Shown: positions 11,428-25,256, counted from the first letter of the whole stretch. The stretch: DNA of 58,386 nucleotides, filler included, from Malassezia furfur (GCA_052055015.1; 4 parts of 4 records of this genome joined end to end with filler, not necessarily neighbours in it), one strand, 5' to 3'. The notes: generated from the sequence alone by a model not told the origin. Made by a program: numbers and translations.

Positions 11428-12243
11428 ATGGTGCTATCCGATTCCGATGATGATGATCAGCTCTTGAATGCATCGCGCCAAGCATACAAATCCAGTGTCA
11501 ATGGGTCGAAGGCTTCTAGCTCACATGAGGCGTTCACCGATGGCACGGATCTAGTTACCTTTGATACCGAGATACCCCCTGCCACCCCAGCGCGGAAGTC
11601 GTCGCGGTCGATCAAGAGCGCGGGAAAGAAGAAAGCAGGCGATGCCCCCGAGGTGGCCGCTTCTCTCGAAGCCATTGAACGATCGGGCGTGACGCGGACA
11701 AAGAAGCCGAGCAAGCGCGAGATCCAAGAGGTACGACATCGCCATCGCTCACACACAGTACCGATCGAAAACTGCCGGACCTGGGTGGTACAACATGCCG
11801 GCCTTTCCTGGTGCGCACTATACCAAAAAAGACGCGCGCAGGGAGGGTGGCAAGGCGAGCTACACGGGTGGTGATGCGCGTGCTGCGACCGAGAAGGAGA
11901 TGCGGCGCCAAGTGACGGCGATCCGGTTGCGCAACGCTTTGGACCCTACGCGTTTCTACCGTGGTGGCTCTGGCACCGGTGCTGACAAGGGCATGCCTGC
12001 TTACGCGCAGCTGGGTACAATCGTGGGTGGTGGCCTGGAGCCGAAATCGATTGTGCCACGCAAGCAGCGTGCGGACAGCGTTGTGGGCGAGTTGGTGAAC
12101 GATGCACGTTCCATTGCCTATTCCAAGAAAAAATTCAATGAGGTACGTTCCCCGTGTCCTAACGGCAGCTGCAAGCCAAGCGCATGGCGCTGGCCAAACA
12201 GGGCCGCTCCAAGCCGCCAGGGCGGAGGCGCCGGCGATCGTAG
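11428..12243 (+). CDS. FCF2: Fcf2 pre-rRNA processing protein
   Basis: Introns 11731-11758 and 12143-12168 give KTAGPGWYNMP, IRLRNALDPTRFY, YAQLGTIV, YSKKKFNELQ. Confidence 0.9.
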
Positions 12244-12281
12244 ATCCCCTCGCCCCCACGTGTTGACCACGTGCCGGGCAC

Positions 12282-12326
12282 GAGGAAAAACCAGGGTATA
12301 TCTGGTTTTTCCTCTTTTTTTTTTTT
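12282..12326. repeat. Perfect 13-bp inverted repeat with GGTATAT spacer followed by T12
   Basis: GAGGAAAAACCAG (12282-12294) / CTGGTTTTTCCTC (12302-12314), T run 12315-12326. Confidence 0.9.
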
Positions 12327-12330
12327 CTTT

Positions 12331-12605
12331 GCGGGCGGCAGACACCGGTAAAGTGCCTGTGGCTTTGCAAAGCCGTTTTCGCGCAGCGGTCTTATTGGCA
12401 GTGGCTGTGCAAAGCGAGACACCCGTGTCTCCCCGCCCCTAAGGCTAGACAAGCGGCGTGCGAAGCGTACCGGCCAAGGTACCTACGGGCTCAACGCAAC
12501 GGGAAACGACTCCCGTTCCAGCCTTGACATTACGGTGCTCGACGTGAAAGCACATCCAGTCCTTCATTGGTCTTGGATGGCTGTTGAGTGGCCGCGTAGC
12601 GCTGC
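12331..12605 (+). ncRNA. Candidate structured RNA (5' leader of EPL1 or independent ncRNA), family unrecognised
   Basis: At least nine abutting stems, several with G-U pairs that work only on the + strand; no motif of U1-U6, SRP, RNase P/MRP or TPP riboswitch recognised. Confidence 0.45.
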
Positions 12606-14586
12606 ATGAGTGTTCAAGCGTCTTCACCGGCGCCTGCGCACAATCGTGCGGCAGCGGCCGGTTCTTCCTCCCCATTCCCGCCCCTTCATATGTCTAGCAG
12701 CCGTATGCGGAACAAGAAGCTGTCCTACAAGCAGAAAAGTGCGTATCATGACGGGCCCGCCGGTGGCGCTACAAATATGTGGAATTATGCATGTTTACGG
12801 CGTGCCGGTTGGCTTACTTCCCAGGCGATGAGCAGGCTGACCGGCAGTATGTATCCAGCGCGGCTCGCTACAGGGCGCAGGCAATGCGCTCGTGAATGGT
12901 GTGGCACCTGAGTTTGAGAGCAACGAGAACCAACAGGATGAAACGTTTGGTGTTGACTCGCACGAGCTCACGGAGCACCACCTGCAAGCGGCGCTGTCGT
13001 CCCACCAGCTCGAGGCGACCCAGACGTCGACGAGCGGCGAGACGAAGCGTGCGTACCACATCCCCACCCCCAAGACGGTCGAAGTGCTGAGTGTCAAGCA
13101 GTACAACGACCTGTACCCTCCCAATTCCTACTCGGATCCCGTCACCTATGTACGATATTCGGATACAGTCGAGAGCAACACGCGCGGTGCACCCTACTGT
13201 CTCGACGAGGACGACCAAGGCTGGCTCGACAAGCACAACCAGAAGGCCAAGAGCGAGCTGGAGCAGGCGCTGAAAGGTGTCAAGGGCGCGCAGGCACAGG
13301 CGAAAGAACACGACCTCGTGCAGCAGCACCCCGACAAGTACCTCGTGATCGACGAGGACCAGTTTGAGACGGTCATGTATGTGTTTGAGCGTGCGACGTG
13401 CGAGCACCACCCGCTGCTCGAGCTCGACTTTGCCAAGGTGCCGACACTCGACGACCTGCTTCCCGAATTGGACGAGACGTCGGCTGCCGCCGAGCTGGCC
13501 CTGCCCGAGCTGCCGCCGTACCGTGCGCGGCCGACGGATGCGCTCGACGGCAAGCCGGTCAATGGCAAGCTCGCGCCGAAGGGCACTGCTGCGAAAAAGG
13601 GCGACGCGGCCGCGCCGGTGTGGAGCGCTGCAAACCCCTTTCGGCACCTGTCGCTGCTGAAGCCGTGCGCGCGCGTCATCTACCCGTGGTGGCGGCTGCG
13701 GCGCCAGGCGCGCGACGGCAAGCCGATCGTGCCGAGTCTCAACTTTGACGAGAGCAACGACAGTGACCCGTACGTGTGTTTCCGCCGGCGCGAGGTGAAG
13801 ACGGCGCGCAAGACGCGCAAGACCGATACCCTCCAGCTCGAGAAGCTGGTGCGGCTCCGCTCGGAGCTGATGCAAGCCACGCGTCTGTTCGAGATGGTGG
13901 CGCAGCGCGAGCAGCTCAAGGAGGAGCAGGTGCGCGAGGCGCACGCATGCTGGACGCAGGCGCACCGCCTGCTCCAGGTCAAGCTCGAGTACGGCTTCAC
14001 GTCGAGCGTCAAGGGCGCCGAGGACGAGAACCTCATCTTTGGGGTGCAGCCGGACCCGACGGCGCCCGTGCCGAACGTCGCGGCGGCCGCGCATGCGACG
14101 CAGCTCAAGAAGAAGCGCAAGGCGGACGAGGCGGCTGCGACCCCCACGACGCTCAAGCTGCGCCGCCCCAAGCCCGGCGAGGCCGAGACGGCGAACGCGG
14201 GCAAGGTGCATGCGACCGACTCGGCGACGAACGGCATCGGCGCTGCGCTGCTGGAGCGCGTCAAGGCCGTGCAGGCGTACATCGAGCGCGAGACGCAGTG
14301 GCACCAGCAGACCGAGGCGGGCTTCGAAGACTTGACCGACGCGGCATTCCAGCCGCTCGCCGCGCCCCTGTCGCAGCGTGCCTTCCGCCCCGTGCAGTCC
14401 GACACGCACGACACCCAGTTCTGGTCGAACCACCCGCTCGCGCGGCTTGGGCGCCAGCCGTGCTTCCGCCGGCGCGTCGGGCGTGGCGGGCGTGTGTATT
14501 TGGACCGCCGCCCGCTCACGGTGAGCCCCGCGCCGGCGAGTGTGCTCGCCTGGCCACGGGGCCCGCACTGCTGGCCGCCGGCGCCG
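12606..14586 (+). CDS. EPL1: Enhancer of polycomb-like protein Epl1 (NuA4), truncated by scaffold gap; alternative start at 12690
   Basis: Intron 12739-12847 joins SRMRNKKLSYKQK to ICIQRG; GVDSHELTEHHLQAAL, HIPTP, YCLDEDDQGWL, DPYVCFRRREVK, FRRRVGRGGRVYLDRR. Confidence 0.93.
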
Positions 14587-14686
14587 NNNNNNNNNNNNNN
14601 NNNNNNNNNNNNNNNNNNNNNNNNNNNNNNTTAATTAATTAANNNNNNNNNNNNNNNNNNNNNNNNNNNNNNNNNNNNNNNNNNNN
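14587..14686. other. Artificial scaffold spacer
   Basis: N44-TTAATTAATTAA-N44, exactly 100 nt, stops in all six frames. Confidence 0.97.
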
Positions 14687-14713
14687 GCGCTCGGACGCGG
14701 GCACGCCGCTCAA

Positions 14714-14893
14714 CTACCGCATGGACACGTCGCTGCCCGTCGGCGTCGCGGCTTTGCGCGAGCGCGCGGGCGGCTTGTGTGGGGTGCTGGCGCTCGGCTT
14801 GCTGGGCGTCGCCTCCTGGGCGTCGTTCGCATGCTCCGTCTTGATTTTTTTCGCCTGCCGCGCACTGCTGCGCTCGCCTTCGCGCTTCTCCAT
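14714..14893 (-). CDS. N-terminal fragment of an unidentified basic low-complexity protein (copy A)
   Basis: MEKREGERSSARQAKKIKTEHANDAQEATPSKP... identical in copy B despite synonymous changes. Confidence 0.55.
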   Translation of the reverse strand: MEKREGERSSARQAKKIKTEHANDAQEATPSKPSASTPHKPPARSRKAATPTGSDVSMR

Positions 14894-15003
14894 CGCGTCG
14901 CAGAAGACGCCGGCGACGGGCCGCTGGTCACGCACGCGGCCGCCACATGGCCCTGGGGCCAACGAGCCTCCACATTCAACCCACACACTCCCCACCTATT
15001 ACA

Positions 15004-18921
<3,918 letters not shown>

Positions 18922-18998
18922 GGCGCGCTGTGGTCACGTGGAAATGGAAGTCTTCTGCGCGTGGGGAGGCCGCGGCCCACCCACCCACGATCGCGATC

Positions 18999-20240
18999 AT
19001 GGTCTCCAAAATTCCTGGCATGTCGCACCTGCAGAACTTCACGACGAAGACCCCGTCGAAGAAGATGCAGTGCGGCGATGTCACTGAGGGTCTTAAAAAC
19101 GACCTTATGATCCGCGCGGCGCGTGGCGAAAAGACGGAGCGCACGCCGGTGTGGATTATGCGCCAGGCCGGGCGCTACCTGCCCGAGTTCCGCGAGATGC
19201 GCGCGGAGCACGAGTTCTTCCACTGCTGCCGGACGCCGGAGCTCGCGTCGGAGATCACGCTGCAGCCCATCCGCCGCTACGAGGGCCTGCTCGACGGTGC
19301 GGTGATTTTCTCCGACATTCTGGTGGTGCCACAGGCGATGGGCCTCGAGGTGGAAATGGTGCCCGGCAAGGGCCCGAGCTTCCCGCAGCCGCTCACCTCG
19401 CCCAAGGACATGTCGCGCCTGCGCAAGGTCGACGTCGACAAGGACCTCGGCTACGTCCTGGAGGCCATCAAGCTCACGCGCCACAAGCTCAAGGGCCGCG
19501 TGCCCGTGATCGGCTTCTGTGGTGCGCCGTGGACGCTGATGGCCTACATGATCGAGGGCGGCGGCTCGAAGAGCTGGGACAAGGCGAAGAAATGGCTGTT
19601 CGACTACCCCAACGAGAGCCGGGTGCTGCTCGAGCGCATCGCGTCGGTCTGTGCGCAGTTCCTCGTGGCGCAGATCCGCGCCGGTGCGCAGCTCGTGCAG
19701 GTGTTTGACTCGTGGGCCGGCGAGCTGTCCCCGCAGGACTTCCGCACGTTTGCGCTGCCCTACCTCCACTCCATCGCCGTCGAGGTGCGCGACTCGCTCG
19801 CGTGCATCTCGACGTGTGCGCCGCCGATGATCGTCTTCGCGAAGGGCGCGCTCGGCCACTCGCTTCCCGAGATCATCCGCTCGGGCTACGACGTGGTTGC
19901 GCTCGACTACTCCGTCGAGCCGGTGGTCGCGCGCAAGGCCGTCGAGATGTGCCAGCCGTCCTCGAGCAAGTTTGCGACGTCCGCAGGCAACCGCGAGGCA
20001 GGTCACCCCATTGCGCTGCAGGGCAACCTGGACCCTGCCGTGCTCTACGCCGAGCCGCGCGTGATTGAGCAGCGCGTCGAGGAGATGCTGCGCGGCAAGT
20101 CGGGCTTTGGCGGGAGCGGCGCGTACATCTGCAACCTCGGCCACGGCATCACGCCGGGTGTCGACCCCGAAAAGGTCGGCGTTTTCCTGCGTGCCGTGCG
20201 CCGCATTTCGCGTGAGATCCAGGCCGAGTCGGATTCGTGA
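18999..20240 (+). CDS. HEM12: Uroporphyrinogen decarboxylase (copy A)
   Basis: PVWIMRQAGRYLPE, IFSDILVVPQAMG, GFCGAPWTLMAYMIEGGGS, NLGHGI. Confidence 0.97.
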   Translation: MVSKIPGMSHLQNFTTKTPSKKMQCGDVTEGLKNDLMIRAARGEKTERTPVWIMRQAGRYLPEFREMRAEHEFFHCCRTPELASEITLQPIRRYEGLLDGAVIFSDILVVPQAMGLEVEMVPGKGPSFPQPLTSPKDMSRLRKVDVDKDLGYVLEAIKLTRHKLKGRVPVIGFCGAPWTLMAYMIEGGGSKSWDKAKKWLFDYPNESRVLLERIASVCAQFLVAQIRAGAQLVQVFDSWAGELSPQDFRTFALPYLHSIAVEVRDSLACISTCAPPMIVFAKGALGHSLPEIIRSGYDVVALDYSVEPVVARKAVEMCQPSSSKFATSAGNREAGHPIALQGNLDPAVLYAEPRVIEQRVEEMLRGKSGFGGSGAYICNLGHGITPGVDPEKVGVFLRAVRRISREIQAESDS

Positions 20241-20306
20241 CAGTTGGAGTGTATAACTATAGAGAGTGCGCAGAGTTTATAGTACATGCACAGAGCTAGC
20301 ATATTA

Positions 20307-21245
20307 TTAGACCGTCACTTGGCGCAGCACGCTCGCATGCTCGTCGGGGTTTTGGGCAAGGCGCCGGTCGCGCGCGTCGTCGCTCCACAGCGGGAGATCG
20401 GGGTGGCTGCGGCGCACGTTGTATTCTGCGCCGAGCGTCAACAGGGCAATGAGCGGATTCGTGAGCAGCCCCATCAGGCCGCCAAACACGAGCTTGATAT
20501 ACGTCGGCGTCCACGTGCCGCGCAGGTCGTCGTGCTCCCAGATGGGCGCGACGATCGCGATGCCGATCGGCCAGTACCACCAGAACGTCAGCGCAGCGAT
20601 CCACAGACCCTGCGCGGCGGTCCACAGCAGGCGCTCAACTCGCTGCCGGAACGTCAGGCCACGCAGCAGAAACGCATTGCGCTCGCTCCCGGTGCACATC
20701 GCACGCACAAACCACAGGCAGAACTGCGCGACGCGTCCGCGACCCGCAGCGTTGCCCATCGCCACGTGGCCGTAGCGCGCGACGGCCTTCGGATGGTCGG
20801 TGCCGAGGTAGCACCCGTTCGGCGTGGGGTTCGCGGGGAAATGAAGGAGCGGGGGCCACGGGCGCTCGAGCGGCGGCACGCCGTGGCGCACGTCGTGGTT
20901 GCACAGCGTCGAGGTGATGATCATCGTCACGAGCTGCTGGATGATTACCGTCACACCCATGTCGCCGGCAATTGTGTTATCCTCCAGCGGCCAAATACGA
21001 ATGGGCTTCGTCGCCGTACGGTACATGGCGCACGCCACGCCGAAATTCGCGGCGCCGCTCAAGATGGCGGCGCCGATCGAATTCAACACAAACACATAAA
21101 AGTACTGGTAGCGCGTGAGTGGGAAAATGCTCCAGTCCTTCCATGTCGTCTTGTGCTTCGTCACCACGCCGGTGCACCGGGCGGGCGCGCCAAGCGTCAC
21201 CGGCTCATCCTTGGGCACGTACAGCCCGTCTTCGGCACCGTTCAT
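20307..21245 (-). CDS. Conserved fungal multi-pass membrane protein of unknown function (copy A)
   Basis: 312-aa ORF with ~4 hydrophobic segments; same length and mostly synonymous changes in copy B. Confidence 0.8.
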   Translation of the reverse strand: MNGAEDGLYVPKDEPVTLGAPARCTGVVTKHKTTWKDWSIFPLTRYQYFYVFVLNSIGAAILSGAANFGVACAMYRTATKPIRIWPLEDNTIAGDMGVTVIIQQLVTMIITSTLCNHDVRHGVPPLERPWPPLLHFPANPTPNGCYLGTDHPKAVARYGHVAMGNAAGRGRVAQFCLWFVRAMCTGSERNAFLLRGLTFRQRVERLLWTAAQGLWIAALTFWWYWPIGIAIVAPIWEHDDLRGTWTPTYIKLVFGGLMGLLTNPLIALLTLGAEYNVRRSHPDLPLWSDDARDRRLAQNPDEHASVLRQVTV

Positions 21246-21354
21246 GGCGCGTCTCCCAAAAAAACGCGAGGCGTGGGGTCACGTGGAGGTAGGGCAAGAA
21301 GAAGCAGGCTAGGGCAAGGGCGCTATGGAGTGCCGGACACGGCGGCCACGCGCC

Positions 21355-22604
21355 TCAGTCAAACAGCGCGTGCGGCGCGGAAAAGTCCATAAGGCTGCCA
21401 AGAATAAAGTTGCCGCCGCGCTCGTGCATCTCGCGCTCACGCTGCTCACGAAAGCTGCGCAGGACCTCGGCGGGTCCTCGGCCCTCTTGCAGCTGGATAT
21501 CCATCAGGTCCTGCAGCCGCGCCACACTGTCGATAATCTGTGTCAGTCGTACAGCAAACGTACGTCCAATATGTGCGACATCTCGCCCGGCACCATAAAG
21601 TTGTCGAGCGCTAAAGACGTGTTCGTCACGGCAGGCATCGTAAAGGGGGGTATCGGTTCGTCGCGCGGCACGGACGCCTCCTTCGCATCGTGCGCAGCGG
21701 CATGTTCCTCGTCGGTGTCGCGTGCATGAGAGTGCGCATCTCTCCCAATGCGTGCGCGCTTGGGGCGCCGGTCGTCCTCGTCAGCGCGTCGCCGCTTTTC
21801 GCGCTCCGCGCCGTACTGCATGATCTTCTCCACGACGTCCTTCGGCACGGTGATGTTGCCCAGTCCGTAGCGGAGGGTATTTGTCGGGATGTAGATGACC
21901 TGTGCCAGCGTCGAGAAGCTCAAAAACTGCACACGTAGGCGCGTCTCGAGTTGGTACTGCGTGCCCTTGACGGTACTGGGAGCACCAGGAGGCACGGGAA
22001 CCTCCTCGACGGTCGTGTATGGCGCTAGCAGCGCACGGAACATGCCGATGCGCTGTACCTGCCAGCCGTTGTCCATGGTCGAGAGCTGCATCATCTGCTG
22101 CGACTCGACAATGTGTGTGGTATTGCCCATCACGACAGGCTCGGGGATACGCGTTGCGTACGACGGCGGCGCCGACGGCGGCGGAACGCTCGGGTTCCAC
22201 CGCTGCTCGTCGGTCTCGCCAAAGAGCGCGCGCATCGACAGGAACTGGTTGCGCCCACACACATCAATAAAGTACGGCACCGCCTCGTAGGGAAAGTCGT
22301 ACGTTTTGGCGAGATGCATCACGGAGCTGAGTAGCTGGATACGCAGCGTCGCGTCTGGCGCAAAGAACTTGCGCACGATATTGCGCGTGCGCGCGTGCGT
22401 GGGCCGCTCGCCGGGCGGCATGAACTCGGAGAAGTACTGCATGATGCGGTTCGTCCCGGCGCCGCGCGGAAAGTAGCTGGCAAACTCGGGCGTGTACCCG
22501 GGCCGGGTGGCGACGTTCACCAGCACCTCGCCCATCTTGTCCATACCCGCGATGGGCGAATCGAGCGCTGCCGGGAGTCCCCGAGCGCTCTCAGACGCAG
22601 CCAT
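21355..22604 (-). CDS. LIM-domain-binding (Mfg1/PtaB/Adn1/LDB1-like) transcriptional co-regulator (copy A)
   Basis: GAGTNRIMQY, IVRKFFAPDATLR, KTYDFPYEAVPYF, NFMVPGEMSHILD|IIDSVARLQDLMD...GPAEVL; intron 21538-21563. Confidence 0.68.
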
Positions 22605-22644
22605 CGTGGAGGTCGGCGCAAGTGCTAAATTGCTGACTAAGGAA

Positions 22645-23717
22645 TTAATACCCGTACGCCTCGGCGCCCGGCGCCGCCATGTCCGTCTGCTGGTACAGCA
22701 TGCCGATTTCCTGCACGATCTGTGCCGTGCGGTATTCAAGCAGCGAGAGGCCCTGCGTCAGTCTGGCACACGTACGGTCTCGACGATCTCGGCGGGGTGC
22801 ATACTCCCGACCGACTCCACGTCAAAGTAGAAGCGGTTCGCACGGCGGTTGGGGTCGAACGGCGCGCCTTCGGCCGGTGGTTCTTCCTCCCCCGCGTTTT
22901 TGCTCTCGGGCCACTCCTTTTTCGCATCGTGCTCGTGCCATAGTGTCGTGTGCCGCAATGCATTGTGCGGGTCGTATTCAAAGCCCACCGCCGACACGGG
23001 GGACCACTTGGCGTGCTCCTTCGCAAAGCCCTGCGACGTCAGCCTGCGTAGACGCACGCACCTTGCGCGCGATGCACCGCGCCTTGATATGTTGCCCCTT
23101 GCGCAGCTGCACAAGCATCACATCGGGTTTGGACGGGTCGTCCTGGCCCACCGGCTTGCCAAAGTCGGGGTGCCGCGGCGCAACAGGCCCGAACGCCGCC
23201 TCGTCCGAGTAGGGGTTCGCGATGGTGTTGCTCCGGATCAGGTCCTTGGACGTGACAAACATCGCGCCGCGGTCGCTCGTGCACATGCAGTCGAGGAGCA
23301 GCTCTACAGAGCACCGGTCGCACCCGTCCTCACACGAGCAGTCCTGGGGGGTGAGCTGTTAGAGGACATACGCGTTGGTCGATCAGCACCTTGGCTGTAT
23401 CCATGCTCATCAGCGGCACCATACCGAGGCGGTGCGCAAAGAATTCGTCAGGCAGCACGGTCGTGTTGACCATGATCTCCACCATGTCGATGGCTGTGTG
23501 AGCGGCAGCGCTACGTACCGACCGTGGGCACGTCGGCGATCATCGTACGACGCAGCGAGTTGGCAAAACTCAGGTCGACGTTCTCGAGGATAAAGTCTGC
23601 GTGCGACGCATTGATCTCACGGATCGTAAACTTGGGCTGATTTGCCTGCGTGTGCACCGCGCCGCCGGCGGCCACCGCGCCGTCCTGCGCGCCGTACAAC
23701 CCGTTCACCGCGGCCAT
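22645..23717 (-). CDS. RPB3: RNA polymerase II subunit Rpb3 (copy A)
   Basis: [65 protein letters not shown]; introns 23494-23518, 23344-23371, 23031-23061, 22753-22775. Confidence 0.95.
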
Positions 23718-23807
23718 GCCGCGTCGTTGTCGAACGGCGTAGTCGCACGCGCTTACGTAACGATTATCAACAGGCACGCACGCACGCACGCCCCCCCCCC
23801 GTCCACC

Positions 23808-25231
23808 ATGCTGGAGTCTGTGGTGCGTCGGCCGCAGCGCCTGCTGTTTGCGCTGATTGCGTTCATGGTGGTGCTGTTCTTCACCACGTACCTGTCGTTG
23901 TCGTCGTGGGGCAGCGAGCAGGTGCGCACCCACTTTGAGACGCTCAAGGCGGCGTTCAACAAGAACGCTACGCAGGCCGCTGCGCACGCCCAGAGCGATG
24001 TTGCATCGACGCTCGTGTCCGGCGGGCAGCCGTCGCACACGTTCATGGAAGGCATCAAGACGATCGAAGACCTGCGCAAGTACGCGATCAAGGGCGAGGA
24101 TGGCAACCTGTACCCGCCGACGTTCGTCCCCTCCGAGGCGAACAAACTGCCGCGTGCTAAGGCCGGCTTCATTGTGCTTGTGCGCAACAGCGAGCTGGAG
24201 GACATGCGCAAGAGCATGCGCGATGGTACGTCACCGCACTGACACAGTCGAGGACCGCTTCAACCGCAAGTACGGCTACCCCTGGATCTTCTTGAACAGT
24301 GCGTGCGCGAAGTCTGACCGCAGATGAGCCGTTCACGGAGGAGTTCAAGCAGGGCGTCAAGAAGATGACGCGCTCCGAGGTGCGCTTCGGGTTCATTGGC
24401 CCCGAGATGTGGGGCTACCCCGACTGGATCGACCAGACGCGCGCCGCCGAGTCGCGCAAGAAGATGGCGGTGCGTCCAGCGGCGGCGAGGCTGACCACAG
24501 GAAGACGGTGTGATTTACGGATGGTCCGAGTCGTACCGGCACATGTGCCGTTTCCAGAGCGGCTTCTTCTGGCGGCACAACCTCACGATGGACCTGGACT
24601 ACTATTGGCGCGTGGAGCCGGGCATCCAGCTCTTCTGTGACCTGGACTACGACCCCTTTGTGTTCATGGAGCTGAACGACAAGAAGTACGGCTTCACCAT
24701 CTCGCTCCACGAGTACGTCAAGACGATCCCCACCCTGTGGGACCGCACCAAGGACTTTATGAAGCTGCACCCCGACTACCTCGCCAAGGACCACGCGCTG
24801 CACTTTATGACCGACGAGCCGGAGCGCCTCCTGGAGCCGGGGTACAACATGTGCCACTTCTGGAGCAACTTTGAGATTGCCGACCTGCGGTTCTGGCGCG
24901 GCCAGAAGTACACCGAGTACTTCGACTACCTGGACAAGGCCGGCGGCTTCTTCTACGAGCGGTGGGGCGATGCGCCCGTGCACAGCATTGCGGCGGTGCT
25001 GTTCCTGAACCGCTCACAGATCCACCATTTCAACGACATCGGGTACTTCCACGGCCCGTGGACCCACTGCCCGCTGAACCGTCCCAAGTTCCACGATAAC
25101 GGCAAGTGTCTGTGCAACCCCGAAGACGTACGTGTGCCGCACTCACCCAGTCCGCCGATTACAACGATTTCATGTGTATGAAGGAGTGGTGGCGCACCTC
25201 CATTGAGGGCGATCCCAACCTCCGTCCGTAG
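23808..25231 (+). CDS. GT15 alpha-1,2-mannosyltransferase, Kre2/Ktr family (copy A)
   Basis: N-terminal TM anchor, LVRNSEL, EDRFN, SYRHMCRFQSGFF, YYWRVEP, CHFWSNFEI, GGFFYERWGDAPVHS; introns 24226-24247, 24299-24323, 24470-24500, 25128-25150. Confidence 0.95.
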
Positions 25232-25256
25232 CCGCGCAAGTGGAGGTTTGTTCGCC

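Noticed and set aside
12333..12438. Cloverleaf read as tRNA-Cys (TTGCAAA loop)
   Set aside because: No TTC T-loop, anticodon arm geometry is wrong and arm lengths do not fit a tRNA
14587..14686. Palindromic TTAATTAATTAA repeated three times as a possible element boundary or piggyBac-like TTAA site
   Set aside because: Always centred in exactly 44+44 Ns; a six-frame-stop scaffolding linker
14687..14740. Copy A diverges abruptly from copy B and gains a stop at 14714, as if truncated or rearranged
   Set aside because: Only 54 nt at a contig tip; a chimeric contig end is more likely and raw reads are needed
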